Shown: positions 11,701 to 23,300 of the stretch, in pieces
Layout of the letters: the number at the start of each line of letters is the position of its first letter
Position numbering within the stretch: position 1 is the first letter of the stretch
DNA from: Azolla caroliniana
Taxonomy: Eukaryota > Plantae > Polypodiophyta
Direction: 5' to 3'
DNA length: 64,000 nucleotides
Assembly (NCBI GenBank): GCA_043228905.1
Contig: JBHGNT010000001.1
Location: 20,956,001 to 21,020,000 of the forward strand
Translations under genes and position numbers: made by a program
Notes under the pieces: model-generated
The model's input: the letters and a program-made list of their open reading frames with translations, nothing else
The model's database searches: none
Told to the model about the DNA's origin: nothing

Positions 11701-14700
11701 TCGACACACAAAGACTTCCCGGCGTGGGAACAATCGGCGAGCAGAGTGCTATACTACTTCGCGTCTTGTGTGGGTGAACAGTTGCTAAGCTACGTTCGGG
11801 ATGCAAAAACGCCGAAGGGTGCATGGGAAAATCTAAAGAAGATTTTCGCCGCGAGCACCATAGCCAGGAAGCTTCAGCTTCGACAGGAGTTGAGCAACCT
11901 ACGACAATGCGATTTGTCGGTGGCTAACTATACCTCGAGGATTAAGGACATATGCGACTCCTTAGCTTCCATTGATGTGAACATCGAGGAAAGCGAGATG
12001 GGCCAGGTCTGTCTCGGGGGTTTGGCGTCAAAGTTCGGGGCGTTCCGAATTGCAGTGTGTACCCGGGAGAATACGCCGTCCTTTTTCGACTTACAGTCGA
12101 TGCTCCTGGTAGAGGAGAACCACGCGGGTGCATCGACGAGCACGCACACTGACAACAAGATGTTGTACACGGAGGGAGAAACGCCCCATGGTCGTGGCGG
12201 ACGAGACGAGTCGGTACGCAATGCAGACGGTCGACGGGATCAAGGAAGAACGCATCGAAGTGATGCCGACAGCAATTCCGGACCCTTCGGAAACAGGGGG
12301 AGTCGAGGCGACGAGAACCAGAAAGGGAAATCCGCCACGGAATGCTGGTACTGTGGCAAGAAAGGGCACAGGGAGAGCGAGTGCTGGAAGAAGCACGCCG
12401 AGTCGGAGAGGTCTGGTTCCGGACATACCGACAAAGGAAATCGGTAGCGATCGCACTACGCCGAAGGATCCGGAAAAGCTAGAAAAGGGTCAGTCTTCGT
12501 GACGAGACACGAAGCAAACTCAATGAAACAGTCCGCCCCAAAATCAGACGAGGTGTGGTATGTCGACTCCGGCGCGTCAAACCACATGACGTGCCACAAG
12601 GAGTTGTTCTCATACCTTGAGAAACCAACACAACCAGGAGTAGTCGCAACTGGAGACGACACTCTGCATCCGATCGCGAATGTCGGTGAAGTTCCCTTGA
12701 GCCATGTCGGGCAGAAAGGGAAACTTATGAACGTGTTACACGTCCCGACCATCACGAAGAATCTGGTGTCGGTCGGGCAGATCGTCGACCAGGGGATGCA
12801 GGTTCGGTTTACGCATCTTGGGTGCTTCATTGAGGAAGAAGGCTGTATTATTGCACAAGGGCGCAAAGATGGGAGGATGTTTATCCTCGACTCTACTGAC
12901 GGTGGCACCGCAATGTTCGCGAAGGGACAAAAAGTCGAGTCAGACATCGACTTATGGCACAAATGGATAGGCCAGGTCAACTACCAGCGGCTTCAAGACC
13001 TGCAATCGAAACAAGTGGTGTTTGGATTGCCCAAATTTAGTGGCCGGAAGGCACAAATTAGTGAAGCCTGCCAGCTTGGGAAGCAACACTGACTTCCTTT
13101 CCCAAACGAGCGTAATCGGAGCCGGAATAAGCTAGACTTGATACACTCTGATGTGTGGGGGCCGGCACAAAACGTTAGTCTTGGCGGGAGCCGATATTTT
13201 GTTTCCTTCATCGACGACTACACGCGGCACACGTGGATCTACCTCATTGAGAGGAAAAGCGAAGTCTTCGACTGTTTCCAGGACCTCAAAGGGTTCGTGG
13301 AAACGGAAACAGGAAGAAAGATCAAGTGCCTGTGGTGTGATGGCGGAAAAGAATACTTTTCCGGTCAATTCAACGGTTATCTACAACAGATGGGAATTCA
13401 GCGCGAATTCAGTTGTAGATACACGTCGGAGCAAAACGGCGTGGCCGAGAGAAAAAATCGGTCGGTTGTGGAAGCTGCACGCGCAATACTGGAGGAGAAG
13501 AGCTTGCCCAATTTCTATTGGGCCGAGGCGGTAAGAACCGTTGTATACATCCAGAACCGGATCGGAGAAAAAGTGTCCGCGCATGAGCTATACTTTGGAA
13601 CAAAGCCGAACTTGCGACACTTACGAGTTTTTAGTAGCATTGCGTATGTACATGTGCCGAAGGAGAAAAGGAGGAAGTTAGACGCAAAAGCCGAGAAGTG
13701 TATCTTGGTCGGCTATTCGGACAAGCAGAAGGGTTATAAGTGCTATAACCCGCGTACCAAACAACCGTGCGTGAGCCACGACGTTGTGTTTGATGAGTCC
13801 GCGTCCTGGTACTTGCCTCCGACTCCGGACCTCACCTCCAATCCGAGTTCTGACAATGAGGATAGCGAGGCCGAGGTGCCTCCGGCTGAGCTTGAAATTG
13901 GGACCCCCGAAGAGAGTCCAATTTCGGTTCGGTTAAGTGGACCGAATGGACGATTGAGTCGGTACGACTAGTCCGATGAAGAGCCGGCGAGTAATGGAGA
14001 CTCGTCCGTGCATTCCCCGTGTAGGAAGCCAAGGAGACGGCTTACGCCTGAAGAGAAAGGGAAGAAGAAGGTGTCAGATTCGGCACGGATAGGAACGGGT
14101 CGGACCGACACGAGTCTAACTTCGAGGGAAGCAGCGACGGGCCTTCAGGAATGAAGTCCGCGTCGGTCGAGAAGACCTTGACATCGGCAAATGACCGATT
14201 ACGCCGATCTACCCGCCAAAAGAACCCAGTTCTGTGGTTTGGATACAACGAGTACATGGCGCATCACTATGCATACATGACCCGTGTAGCGGAAGTGCGT
14301 GAGCCGGGGAGCTACGCAGAAGCGGCAAAGGACGCGAATTGGCGCGCCGCGATGGAGGAAGAGATGCACGCATTGGCAGAAAACGAGACTTGGGATCTTG
14401 TTGACGCACCAAAGGGTGTGAAGCTGATTGGATGTAGGTGGGTGTACAAGGTCAAGTACAACACCGACGGCTCGGTCAACCGATACAAGGCCTAGTTAGT
14501 GGCAAAAGGCTACGCACAGAAACACGGCATCGACTACAATGAGATGTTCGCGCCGGTCGGAAAGATGACGACCGTCTGTGTTTTGCTTGCAGTAGCCGCG
14601 GCCAAGGGGTGGCACCTACATCAGATGGATGTAAAGAATGCATTCCTGCAAGGTGAGCTTGAGGACCAAGTGTACATGGTACAACCCCCCGGATTTCACT

Positions 14701-15047
14701 CCGGACCAAACACGTCGGCAGTATGCCGATTGAAGAAGTCTCTTTACGGACTGAAGCAAGCCCCACGCGCCTGGAATGCAAAAATCACGCATCGGCTGCG
14801 TCGGATGGGCTTTGCGACTTCAAAATCGGACTCCTCGTTGTTCATTCGAAAAGGTCGACCCGGGCCGGTTAGTTTTTTACTCTATGTTGATGACTTGGTC
14901 ATCACCGGCGCCGACCTAGGTGAGATCAACCGCGTGAAGCTCTAGCTTTCGGCATCATTCGACATGAAGGATCTGGGGGACCTTCATTACTTCCTCGGGA
15001 TCGAAGTGATCCGCACCCCCGAAGGCATACTAATCAGCCAACGTCAT

Positions 15048-18000
15048 TGTTGGGATTACGGTCCCTTTCGGATGGGATGGTCGGATGTTGGAGATGAATG
15101 CCGACAAGCCCGGTTGCGGTTTCGGAACCGGATGATGAAGACCCCGGCTTTGGAGCCGGATGACGAATGTACCCGGAGAGAGATCCGGATGTGGGGACAT
15201 ATCTGTGAATATGTTTGCCAAGGGCCCTTGAGGCTATAGTTGTAAATAGCCCCAAAGTCATATGTGTATAAATATGACTTAGGGCAAACAGTTTTAATGT
15301 TGCTGATCATTTTTCTGTTTTTCCACTCAAGAGGAGTGAAGAGAGAGCAGTCGCGAGAGAGATAGAGCGTGAGAGAAGAAGAGGTCGACGCCTCTGTGTA
15401 TTTCCGCCGCCTGTGGCGAGGACAGCGAGCTCAAGGTCGTCGCCTTGCAGCTCGCCATTGTATACTTCTCTGTGCATAGTTTTGGTTCGGAGTCGTGTAC
15501 TCCCGTGGTTTTTCCCGTACAGGGTTTTCCACGTTAAATCGTGTGTCCACTTATTTTCTTCTGCATTTCCCATTTTTTCTGCAACAACGATTCGTGTGTT
15601 TCCTCGGTTGTGGCCGAGTGGTGAAGTTTGGAAAGTGTCGATTAATTTTCCATCAATTTGGTATCAGAGCGGGCTGCTGCAGAAAATGGAAGCCGACGGC
15701 AGCGGGCAGCCGGGGATGATGGTGCTGAATGCGCAGAATTACGCCGACTGGAAGATCAAGATGGAGGATCTTCTGATTGTTTGGGACCTGTACGAACCGA
15801 TTGACAGGTCAGAAATACCGAAGGGGGTACTTGAGTCGGAATGGAAGCTTCTGAACCGGAAAGCCGTTGCAACCATTCGGCAATACGTCGACGTGAGCGT
15901 TCTACAACATGTGGCGAACGACACCAACGCATATGAGATGTGGCGGAAGCTGTCGGGCCTCTACGAGAGGAAGAATGTATTGAACCGGACCTCCCTGATG
16001 AGGAAGATAGTGAACCTCAAGTACCGGGACGGCGAGAGTATGGTGGAACACGTAAGCACGTTCATGGGATTCGTGAACCAGCTTGCGGCGATCAAGTTCC
16101 CGTTGGAGGATGCAATGCAAGCCATCATCCTGATGTGTACATTACCGGAAAGCTGGGAGAACTTGGTGGTGACTCTCAGCACCTCCTGCACGGAAGATAA
16201 CTTGTCCCTACAAACGGTAAAGACAAGTATTTTGAACGAAGAAGCGCGTCGGAGAGATAAAGAACCGGCCTCCGACTCGAAAGCGCTGCTTACCGAATTG
16301 GAACGGGGAAGACAATGGAACCGGAGTCCGCAAAGACGAGAGAAGTCGGGGACCCGGTCGAAGTCAAGAGGAAGACCCACGTGCTTCCACTGTGGGAAGC
16401 CGGGGCACTTCCGAAAGAATTGTCGGCATTACCGAAAGGACAACGGAGCCGACGACACCGATTCGAAGAAGTCACCGGAGAGAAACGGTGCACACCGGGG
16501 AGCCACGGACCGGAGAGGTCCGGATCGGCGAGGGCAGGATCGGAAAGGAACGACGGCACTCGCGGCAAGTGAGGAAGAAATCATGCTCATCACCGAAGAA
16601 GGTGAACTAAACATTGCCGGCGATGAGACGACCTGGGTGGTCGATTCCGGAGCATCGTTCCACCTGACCCCGGAGAGAAGATACTTCTCATCCTACACAG
16701 CCGGTGAACATGGCTGTGTTCGGATGGGAAATGAAGGTACGTGCCGGATTGCCGGCATAGGAGACGTGTGGTTGACAACCCCGACCGGATGCAAAATGCT
16801 GCTGAAGGATGTCCGACACGTTCCGGAGGTTCGATTGAACCTGATTTCGGCCGGGAGGCTAGACGATGAAGGCTACACAGGTAGCATCCGGAACGGCGTA
16901 ATGAAGTTCAGCAAGGGGAGCCTGATAGTGGCTCGGGCCCGGAAAGACAACACACTGTACCTGATGAATGCCCGGTTATGTCCGGAAGAGCTGAATGTGG
17001 CAGCCGACACTGCTAGTGAGCTGTGGCACAAAAGACTGTGCCACATGAGTGAGAAGGGGATGAAGAGGCTTGCAGAAGACAACCTTATTCCAGTGAAGCA
17101 CGTGCACCTGGAGAAGTGCACCGATTGCCTGGCCGGTAAGCAGAACCGAGCCTCCTTCCACTCAAGGCCACCGACGAGACGTAGTGTACCATTGGAGTTG
17201 GTACACACTTATGTGTGTCAGGTAGAAACGAAGTCACATGGCGGAGCCCAGTACTTCGTAACATTCATTGATGATCACAGCCGGAAGCTGTGGACGGCAC
17301 CGTTGAAGACAAAGGACCAAGTGTTGTGCGTCTTCAAAGAACTCCACGCGAGAGTGGAAAGGGAATCCGGCAAGAAGCTGAAAGCGATACGAGCGGATAA
17401 CGGAGGGGAATACCGGGGGCAGTTCGCGGAGTACTGTCGCTCGAAGGGTATCCGGCTCGAGTTTACTGTGCCGAAGACGCCGGAACTGAACGGGCTGGCC
17501 GAGAGGATGAACCGGACCATAATGGAGAGGGTCCGGAGTATGCTGGCGCATGCGGAATTACCCAAGGGGTTTTGGGCTGAGGCGATGTCGACGGCGACAT
17601 ACGTGATAAACAGATCACCCTCAGTACCTTTGGACGGAGACACGCCGCAGAGAGTGTGGACCGGTAGGGAAGTATCCTACCGGCATCTGAAGGTGTTCGG
17701 GTGTCTCGCATACGTGCATGTGGCAAAGGACCGGAGAGGAAAGCTAGATCCAAAGACCCGGCCATGCATATTCCTCGGTTACGGCGATGACGAGTTCGGC
17801 TACCGAGTATGGGACCCGGTCGACAAGAAGATATTCCGGAGTCGTGATATCATCTTCATGGAGAACAAGACACTCGCCGACTGGGAGTCGGAGAAGAAGA
17901 TGAAGAGCTCCAAGTCGACCGGTGAGGATCAACTCTACGAGGAGCAGTCCCGACCGGCAAGGGACCGGTTAGCACTCGAGGATCCGGCCGAAGACGGTGA

Positions 18001-20377
18001 AGAAACAGAACCGGCCGAAGAAGATGAAAATGATACCGGAACCGGCCCCGATCCCGAAATGGATTCGGATGAAGAAGAATCGGAAGAACCGGTTACCGAA
18101 GCTCCGGAACGGAGATATCCTCTAAGAGAGAGAAGGGCCCCCCGGAGATTTCCGGAACCAGAGCACGTGCTGCTAACCGACGAGGGGGAGCCGGAGAGCT
18201 TTGAAGAAGCAAAGCATGACACCCAGAGCCGCAGGTGGTTGAGTGCCATGCAGGACGAGATGGATTCCCTGCATGAGAACCACACATATGAACTTGTGGA
18301 GTTGCCGAAAGGAAAGCGGGCACTTCGAAACAAGTGGGTGTACAAGCTGAAACCGGGAGATGTCGGAAACCCCCCGAGATACAAAGCCAGGATCGTGGTG
18401 AAGGGGTTTCAGCAGAAGAAGGGCGTCGACTTCGACGAGATATTTGCCCCGGTAGTGAAGATGACCTCCATCCGGACGGTGCTGAGCATAGCGGCAAGCA
18501 TGGACCTCGAGGTAGAACAGATGGACGTGAAGACGGCATTCCTTCACGGTGACCTCGAAGAAGAGATCTACATGCAGCAACCGGAAGGATTCGAGAAGAA
18601 AGGGAAGGAGCACCTGGTATGCCGGTTGAAGAAGAGCCTTTACGGACTGAAGCAGGCTCCCCGGCAATGGTACCGGAAGTTCGACTCCTTCATGACCGAC
18701 GAAGGGTACCTCAAAACGCAGTCCGACCACTGCGTGTTTGTGAAGAAGTTCGAAGGAGGAGACTTTCTAATACTCCTCCTGTACGTGGACGACATGTTGA
18801 TCGTCGGACGGGACCAGGTCAAGATACGGATGCTGAAGAAGGCTCTTCACCGAACCTTCTCAATGAAGGACTTGGGTCCGGCGAGACAAATACTAGGGAT
18901 GCACATCATCCGGGACCGGAGCAAGAAGCAGTTGTGGCTGTCACAGGAGAAGTACGTGACAAAGGTGCTTAAACGGTTCAACATGTCGGAAGCAAGACCG
19001 GTCGGATCGACCCTCCCGGCAAACTGCAAGCTGTCCAGCAAGCAAAGCCCCAAGACAAAGGCTGAGAAGAAGGACATGATGAAAGTGCCATATGCCTCTG
19101 CCGTCGGAAGCTTGATGTACGCAATGGTGTGTACAAGACCGGACATCGGATACGCAGTCGGAGTGGTGAGCCGGTACATGAGCAATCCCGGCAAAGAGCA
19201 TTGGAACGCGGCCAAGTGGATACTCCGATACCTGAAGGGCACGACAAACGTGTGCCTCCGATTCGGCTCCGGTAAGCCCGAACTCGACGGCTTCACCGAT
19301 TCGGATATGTCGGCTGATGCAGATACCAGCCGGTCCACATCAGGGTATGTGATGACGTATGCAGGGGGAGCGGTTTCATGGCAGTCGAGGCTGCAGAAGA
19401 CGGTTGCGTTGTCAACCACGGAGGCGGAGTACATGGCGGCTGTTGAAGCCGGCAAGGAAATAATATGGATGAAGGACTTCATTAGAGAGCTCGGTATCCG
19501 GCAGGAGGAGTACCGACTCTACTGCGACAGTCAGAGTGCAATCCACCTTGCGAAGAACGCGGCCTATCACTCCCGGACGAAGCACATCCAGCGACGATAT
19601 CACTGGATCCGGGAAAGGATAGAAGACAAGGAGTTCGTGCTGACGAAGGTCCACACGGACGAGAACGGGTCGGATATGCTGACCAAGGTGCTCACACCCG
19701 ACAAGCTGGAAGCATGCCGGAAGAGGATCGGATTGGAGAGACATCCCATGCCGAAGTGAAGGGGGAGTTTGTTGGGATTACGGTCCCTTTCGGATGGGAT
19801 GGTCGGATGTTGGAGATGAATGCCGACAAGCCCGGTTGCGGTTTCGGAACCGGATGATGAAGACCCCGGCTTCGGAGCCGGATGACGAATGTACCCGGAG
19901 AGAGATCCGGATGTGGGGACATATCTGTGAATATGTTTGCCAAGGGCCCTTGAGGCTATAGTTGTAAATAGCCCCAAAGTCATATGTGTATAAATATGAC
20001 TTAGGGCAAACAGTTTTAATGTTGCTGATCATTTTTCTGTTTTTCCACTCAAGAGGAGTGAAGAGAGAGCAGCCGCGAGAGAGATAGAGCGTGAGAGAAG
20101 AAGAGGTCGATGCCTCTGTGTATTTCCGCCGCCTGTGGCGAGGACAACGAGCTCAAGGTCGTCGCCTTGCAGCTCGCCATTGTATACTTCTCTGTGCATA
20201 GTTTTGGTTCGGAGTCGTGTACTCCCGCGGTTTTTCCCGTACAGGGTTTTCCACGTTAAATCGTGTGTCCACTTATTTTCTTCTGCATTTCCCATTTTTT
20301 CTGCAACAACGATTCATGTGTTTCCTCGGTTGTGGCCGAGTGGTGAAGTTTGGAAAGTGTCGATTAATTTTCCATCA
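15048..20377 (+). mobile_element. Copia C: intact-looking Ty1/Copia element (Tnt1/Tork-like) inserted in Copia A RT
   Basis: 608-bp LTRs 15048-15655 and 19770-20377 (6 mismatches by eye), TSD gtcat (15043-15047/20378-20382), PBS-Met 15659-15670, PPT gaagggggag 19758-19767. Confidence 0.98.
15686..19759 (+). CDS. Copia gag-pol polyprotein (1357 aa; gag, CCHC, PR, INT, RT, RNase H)
   Basis: Single open frame; first ATG after the PBS is 15686 (MEADG); motifs CFHCGKPGHFRKNC, VDSGAS, LWHKRLCH, QMDVKTAF, YVDD, SDMLTK. Confidence 0.95.
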   Translation: MEADGSGQPGMMVLNAQNYADWKIKMEDLLIVWDLYEPIDRSEIPKGVLESEWKLLNRKAVATIRQYVDVSVLQHVANDTNAYEMWRKLSGLYERKNVLNRTSLMRKIVNLKYRDGESMVEHVSTFMGFVNQLAAIKFPLEDAMQAIILMCTLPESWENLVVTLSTSCTEDNLSLQTVKTSILNEEARRRDKEPASDSKALLTELERGRQWNRSPQRREKSGTRSKSRGRPTCFHCGKPGHFRKNCRHYRKDNGADDTDSKKSPERNGAHRGATDRRGPDRRGQDRKGTTALAASEEEIMLITEEGELNIAGDETTWVVDSGASFHLTPERRYFSSYTAGEHGCVRMGNEGTCRIAGIGDVWLTTPTGCKMLLKDVRHVPEVRLNLISAGRLDDEGYTGSIRNGVMKFSKGSLIVARARKDNTLYLMNARLCPEELNVAADTASELWHKRLCHMSEKGMKRLAEDNLIPVKHVHLEKCTDCLAGKQNRASFHSRPPTRRSVPLELVHTYVCQVETKSHGGAQYFVTFIDDHSRKLWTAPLKTKDQVLCVFKELHARVERESGKKLKAIRADNGGEYRGQFAEYCRSKGIRLEFTVPKTPELNGLAERMNRTIMERVRSMLAHAELPKGFWAEAMSTATYVINRSPSVPLDGDTPQRVWTGREVSYRHLKVFGCLAYVHVAKDRRGKLDPKTRPCIFLGYGDDEFGYRVWDPVDKKIFRSRDIIFMENKTLADWESEKKMKSSKSTGEDQLYEEQSRPARDRLALEDPAEDGEETEPAEEDENDTGTGPDPEMDSDEEESEEPVTEAPERRYPLRERRAPRRFPEPEHVLLTDEGEPESFEEAKHDTQSRRWLSAMQDEMDSLHENHTYELVELPKGKRALRNKWVYKLKPGDVGNPPRYKARIVVKGFQQKKGVDFDEIFAPVVKMTSIRTVLSIAASMDLEVEQMDVKTAFLHGDLEEEIYMQQPEGFEKKGKEHLVCRLKKSLYGLKQAPRQWYRKFDSFMTDEGYLKTQSDHCVFVKKFEGGDFLILLLYVDDMLIVGRDQVKIRMLKKALHRTFSMKDLGPARQILGMHIIRDRSKKQLWLSQEKYVTKVLKRFNMSEARPVGSTLPANCKLSSKQSPKTKAEKKDMMKVPYASAVGSLMYAMVCTRPDIGYAVGVVSRYMSNPGKEHWNAAKWILRYLKGTTNVCLRFGSGKPELDGFTDSDMSADADTSRSTSGYVMTYAGGAVSWQSRLQKTVALSTTEAEYMAAVEAGKEIIWMKDFIRELGIRQEEYRLYCDSQSAIHLAKNAAYHSRTKHIQRRYHWIRERIEDKEFVLTKVHTDENGSDMLTKVLTPDKLEACRKRIGLERHPMPK

Positions 20378-23300
20378 GTCATTACGCGCTGAATATGCTC
20401 TTCAAATTCGGGATGGAAGACTGTAAGTCCGTCTCGACTCCTCTGGGCAGAACTGTCAAGCTTCGCCCCAATTCCGGCAAGGTTTGCGATCCGACAAGGT
20501 TCCGACAAGTTGTTGGAAGCCTTATCTACTTGACCATCACCCGACCCGATCTCAGTTATCCGGTCGGGGTGATCAGTCAGTTCATGGTGCGACCTACCGA
20601 GGAGCACCTTCAATGTGCGCAACACGTACTGCGGTACGTAAGCGGCACTAAGGACCGCGGACTGCTATATCGGACCGATACAACCCCGTAGTTGGTCGGC
20701 TACACTGATGCCGACTGGGCCGGCAATGTCGCCGATCACCGATCCACGTCCGGACATGCGTTCTCTCTTGGGAGTGCCGCGATAGCGTGGAGTAGCAAGA
20801 AGGAGCCGACAGTTGCACTGTCGAGCACCGAAGCCGAGTATAGAGGAGCGGCTGTCGCAACATGCGAAGCCATTTGGTTGAAGTGGCTACTTAAGGATTT
20901 GCAGGAGGAGGTGTCCGATCCAACGACGATCTACTGCGACAACCTCAGCAACATCCAACTCGCGAAGAACCCCGTCTTCCACGCACGGACCAAGCACATT
21001 GATGTGCACTACCATTTTGTCCGTGAGCGTGTCCTTTCTGGTGAAGTCGAACTTCAATATGTTCCGACAGATCGGCAGACCGCCGACATCTTCACCAAGC
21101 CTCTTGGTCTGGACAAGTTGCGGCAATTTTTGAGTGCGCTTGGGTTGCGTCACTTCGACGTGCCGAACTTGAGGGGGAGAAACGTCCCAGATGACCACGA
21201 AAGGGAGCAGGAAAGGAGCGGAAAAGACCTCGAATCGGATGAAGAAGCCAAGAGCGGATCCGTGGAAGAGTCTGAAAGCGGACACAAGGGGAGTAGCCGA
21301 AAGAAAGAGCCAAAGCCAACCAGGCATGGGGGAGATGAAGCCTTCAAGGGCGAGAAGACCAAAGACGAGTTGGAGATAGCCAACTCGGATGAGAGCTCGG
21401 ACGAGAGCGACTAGAAGGATCGAAGCGCGCGGAGTCGAACAGGCCGAGGAGCGCGAGCGAGGCGTGGAGCTAGGAGAAGCCGGAGCGTAGGTCCGGCAGA
21501 GCAGGCGGAACCTCAAGTTGAGCTTGAGGGGGAGTGTTGAGAGACAAGCTCAACATTTGTGCGTAATATGATGCGTAACCAGTGCGTAGACTGGGTGCAT
21601 AAAACCGGTACGCAGACCGCTGCGTAGAAAGGCCGTATCGGTGCGTAGACCGAAAGGCCGTTAGAAAGATATTCCTCATAAGGAATAGTTTTGGGAGTAA
21701 GTGTCGAGGCTCATTTATGAGTAGTCAAGTACTGTCAGTACTTGTGTCAGCCCACTGTCAGGGCTTGTATAAAAGTGCTCACTGAGCACATCCTATGTAC
21801 AGATTGAGTATTATTTTTCGAATTTAAGTCCTTGTGTTACTCTCTCTCTGTCTCTCCCCTGCGTACTGTGAAGACCTAAGCTTTCCATTAAACCTGCGTT
21901 TTCTGTTGTTCGGTTTTCCTATATTGCTTCCGCACGCCATTCTTTTCAATTCTCGACATGGTGGTAGGTCACGAATGCTACAGCTTTCTAGACGGGTTCA
22001 GAGGTTACAACCAAATCAGAATGCACCCAAATGATCAGGAGAAAACAACATTTGTCACGGAATGGGGTGTTTTCGTAGCAGAAGTAATGATATTCGGAGA
22101 TGCTCGAGAGGGATCAATTTGTGCTAGAATGGCTTGAGCGAAAACATCTGTCTTCAAGTCCTCACGTATGGTATCGATAACGTGGGAATCCAAGGGCATA
22201 CCGAAGACCTGTGTTGCTTGTAGTCATGCCGGTCCCAAGATTACTTGCTTTAAGTTGTGTGAGAGGCAGAACAAGCTTTGAGTAATCCTGTATGAACTTG
22301 CGGTAAAAATTGGCAAAGCCTAAAAAGCATTGCGCATCTCGCAATGAATGCAGAGTTTGCCACTCTACCACCATTTTGACCTTAGCTGGATCCATGGAGA
22401 TGCCTTCCGAGGAAATGACATAGCCCAGAAATTCTACTTGGTTGCAACCGAAACTACATTTTTCTAGTTTTGCATAAAGACCATGTTCTCGAAATCGTTT
22501 TAGTACTAACAGTACATGGGAATCATGCTCTTCTTCGTTCTTTGAATAAACCAGTAAATCATCCAAATAGATGATCAAAAAATCATCCAAGAGATCTCGA
22601 AATATATCATTTGCCATGTGCTGGAAGACTGTTGGTGCATTAGTGAGTCCGAATGGTATGACCATATACTCGAAGTGCCCATATTTGGTGCGAAAAGTAG
22701 TCTTCCATTCATCTCCTCTTCTCCTGGTCAGATCCGTACTAGGTTATAGGCTCCTCGTAAGTTGATCTTTGTGACGAACCTTGCACCATTGATCCGTTCT
22801 AATAGACTTGAGATAAGGGGGAGTGCATACCTATTCCTGATGGTGACTTTATTCAACCCAGAGTAATCTACGACGAGACAAAGTGATTCATCCTTTTTCT
22901 TGATGAAGAAAATGGGTGTGCCAGCTGGAGATTTCGAATGTCGAATGAAACCATTTGCCAAATTCTCCTCTATATAGGCTCGAAGCACTTCTAGCTTGGT
23001 TGGTGACAAATTGTAGATCGGTCCCCATGGTGGCTCTTTTCCTGGTTGTAAATCGATGGGGCAATCATATGGTCGATGGTGAGGAAGCGTATTAGCTCGT
23101 ACATTATCGAACACATTGGCATAATGACAATATTTCTCTGGAAGTTGAACGGTGAACTCCTCTTTATTGATACTGGAGGGGTTTACTGATATTGCGAAGA
23201 GAAACATTTCCTCCTTGCGTCCTTCCTCACACAAATGATGTAGCGAAATGGTTGCAATCTTATGAGTAGATCCTCGGGTTTGTTGACACCGTATTTCTCT

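Larger units (their letters stand above)
11557..21414 (+). pseudogene. Copia A gag-pol with several stops, split by Copia C
   Basis: gag with CWYCGKKGHRESEC, protease [36 protein letters not shown], then a charged tail to 21414. Confidence 0.92.
11061..21948 (+). mobile_element. Copia A: full-length but degenerate element inserted in G1 RT
   Basis: 414-bp LTRs 11061-11474 and 21535-21948 (~14 mismatches by eye), TSD attct (11056-11060/21949-21953), PBS tggtatcagagc 11475-11486, PPT cttgagggggag before 21535. Confidence 0.97.
6850..22098 (+). mobile_element. Gypsy G1 (non-chromovirus, Tat/Athila-like), degenerate and 3'-truncated, hosting insertions
   Basis: LTR 6850-7374 (tgtcaac...gttaaca), PBS-like tggcacac ~7380, gag from ~7518, CCHC knuckles, protease IIDGGSGVN, RT VFAWSY...FPLPFTDNIL interrupted at 11060 and resumed at 21954 (DMVVGHECYSFLDGF). 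Confidence 0.85.

Noticed and set aside
15413-15685. N-terminal 91 aa of the 1448-aa track ORF
   Set aside because: Lies in the LTR and PBS and starts at GTG; the plausible start is ATG 15686.
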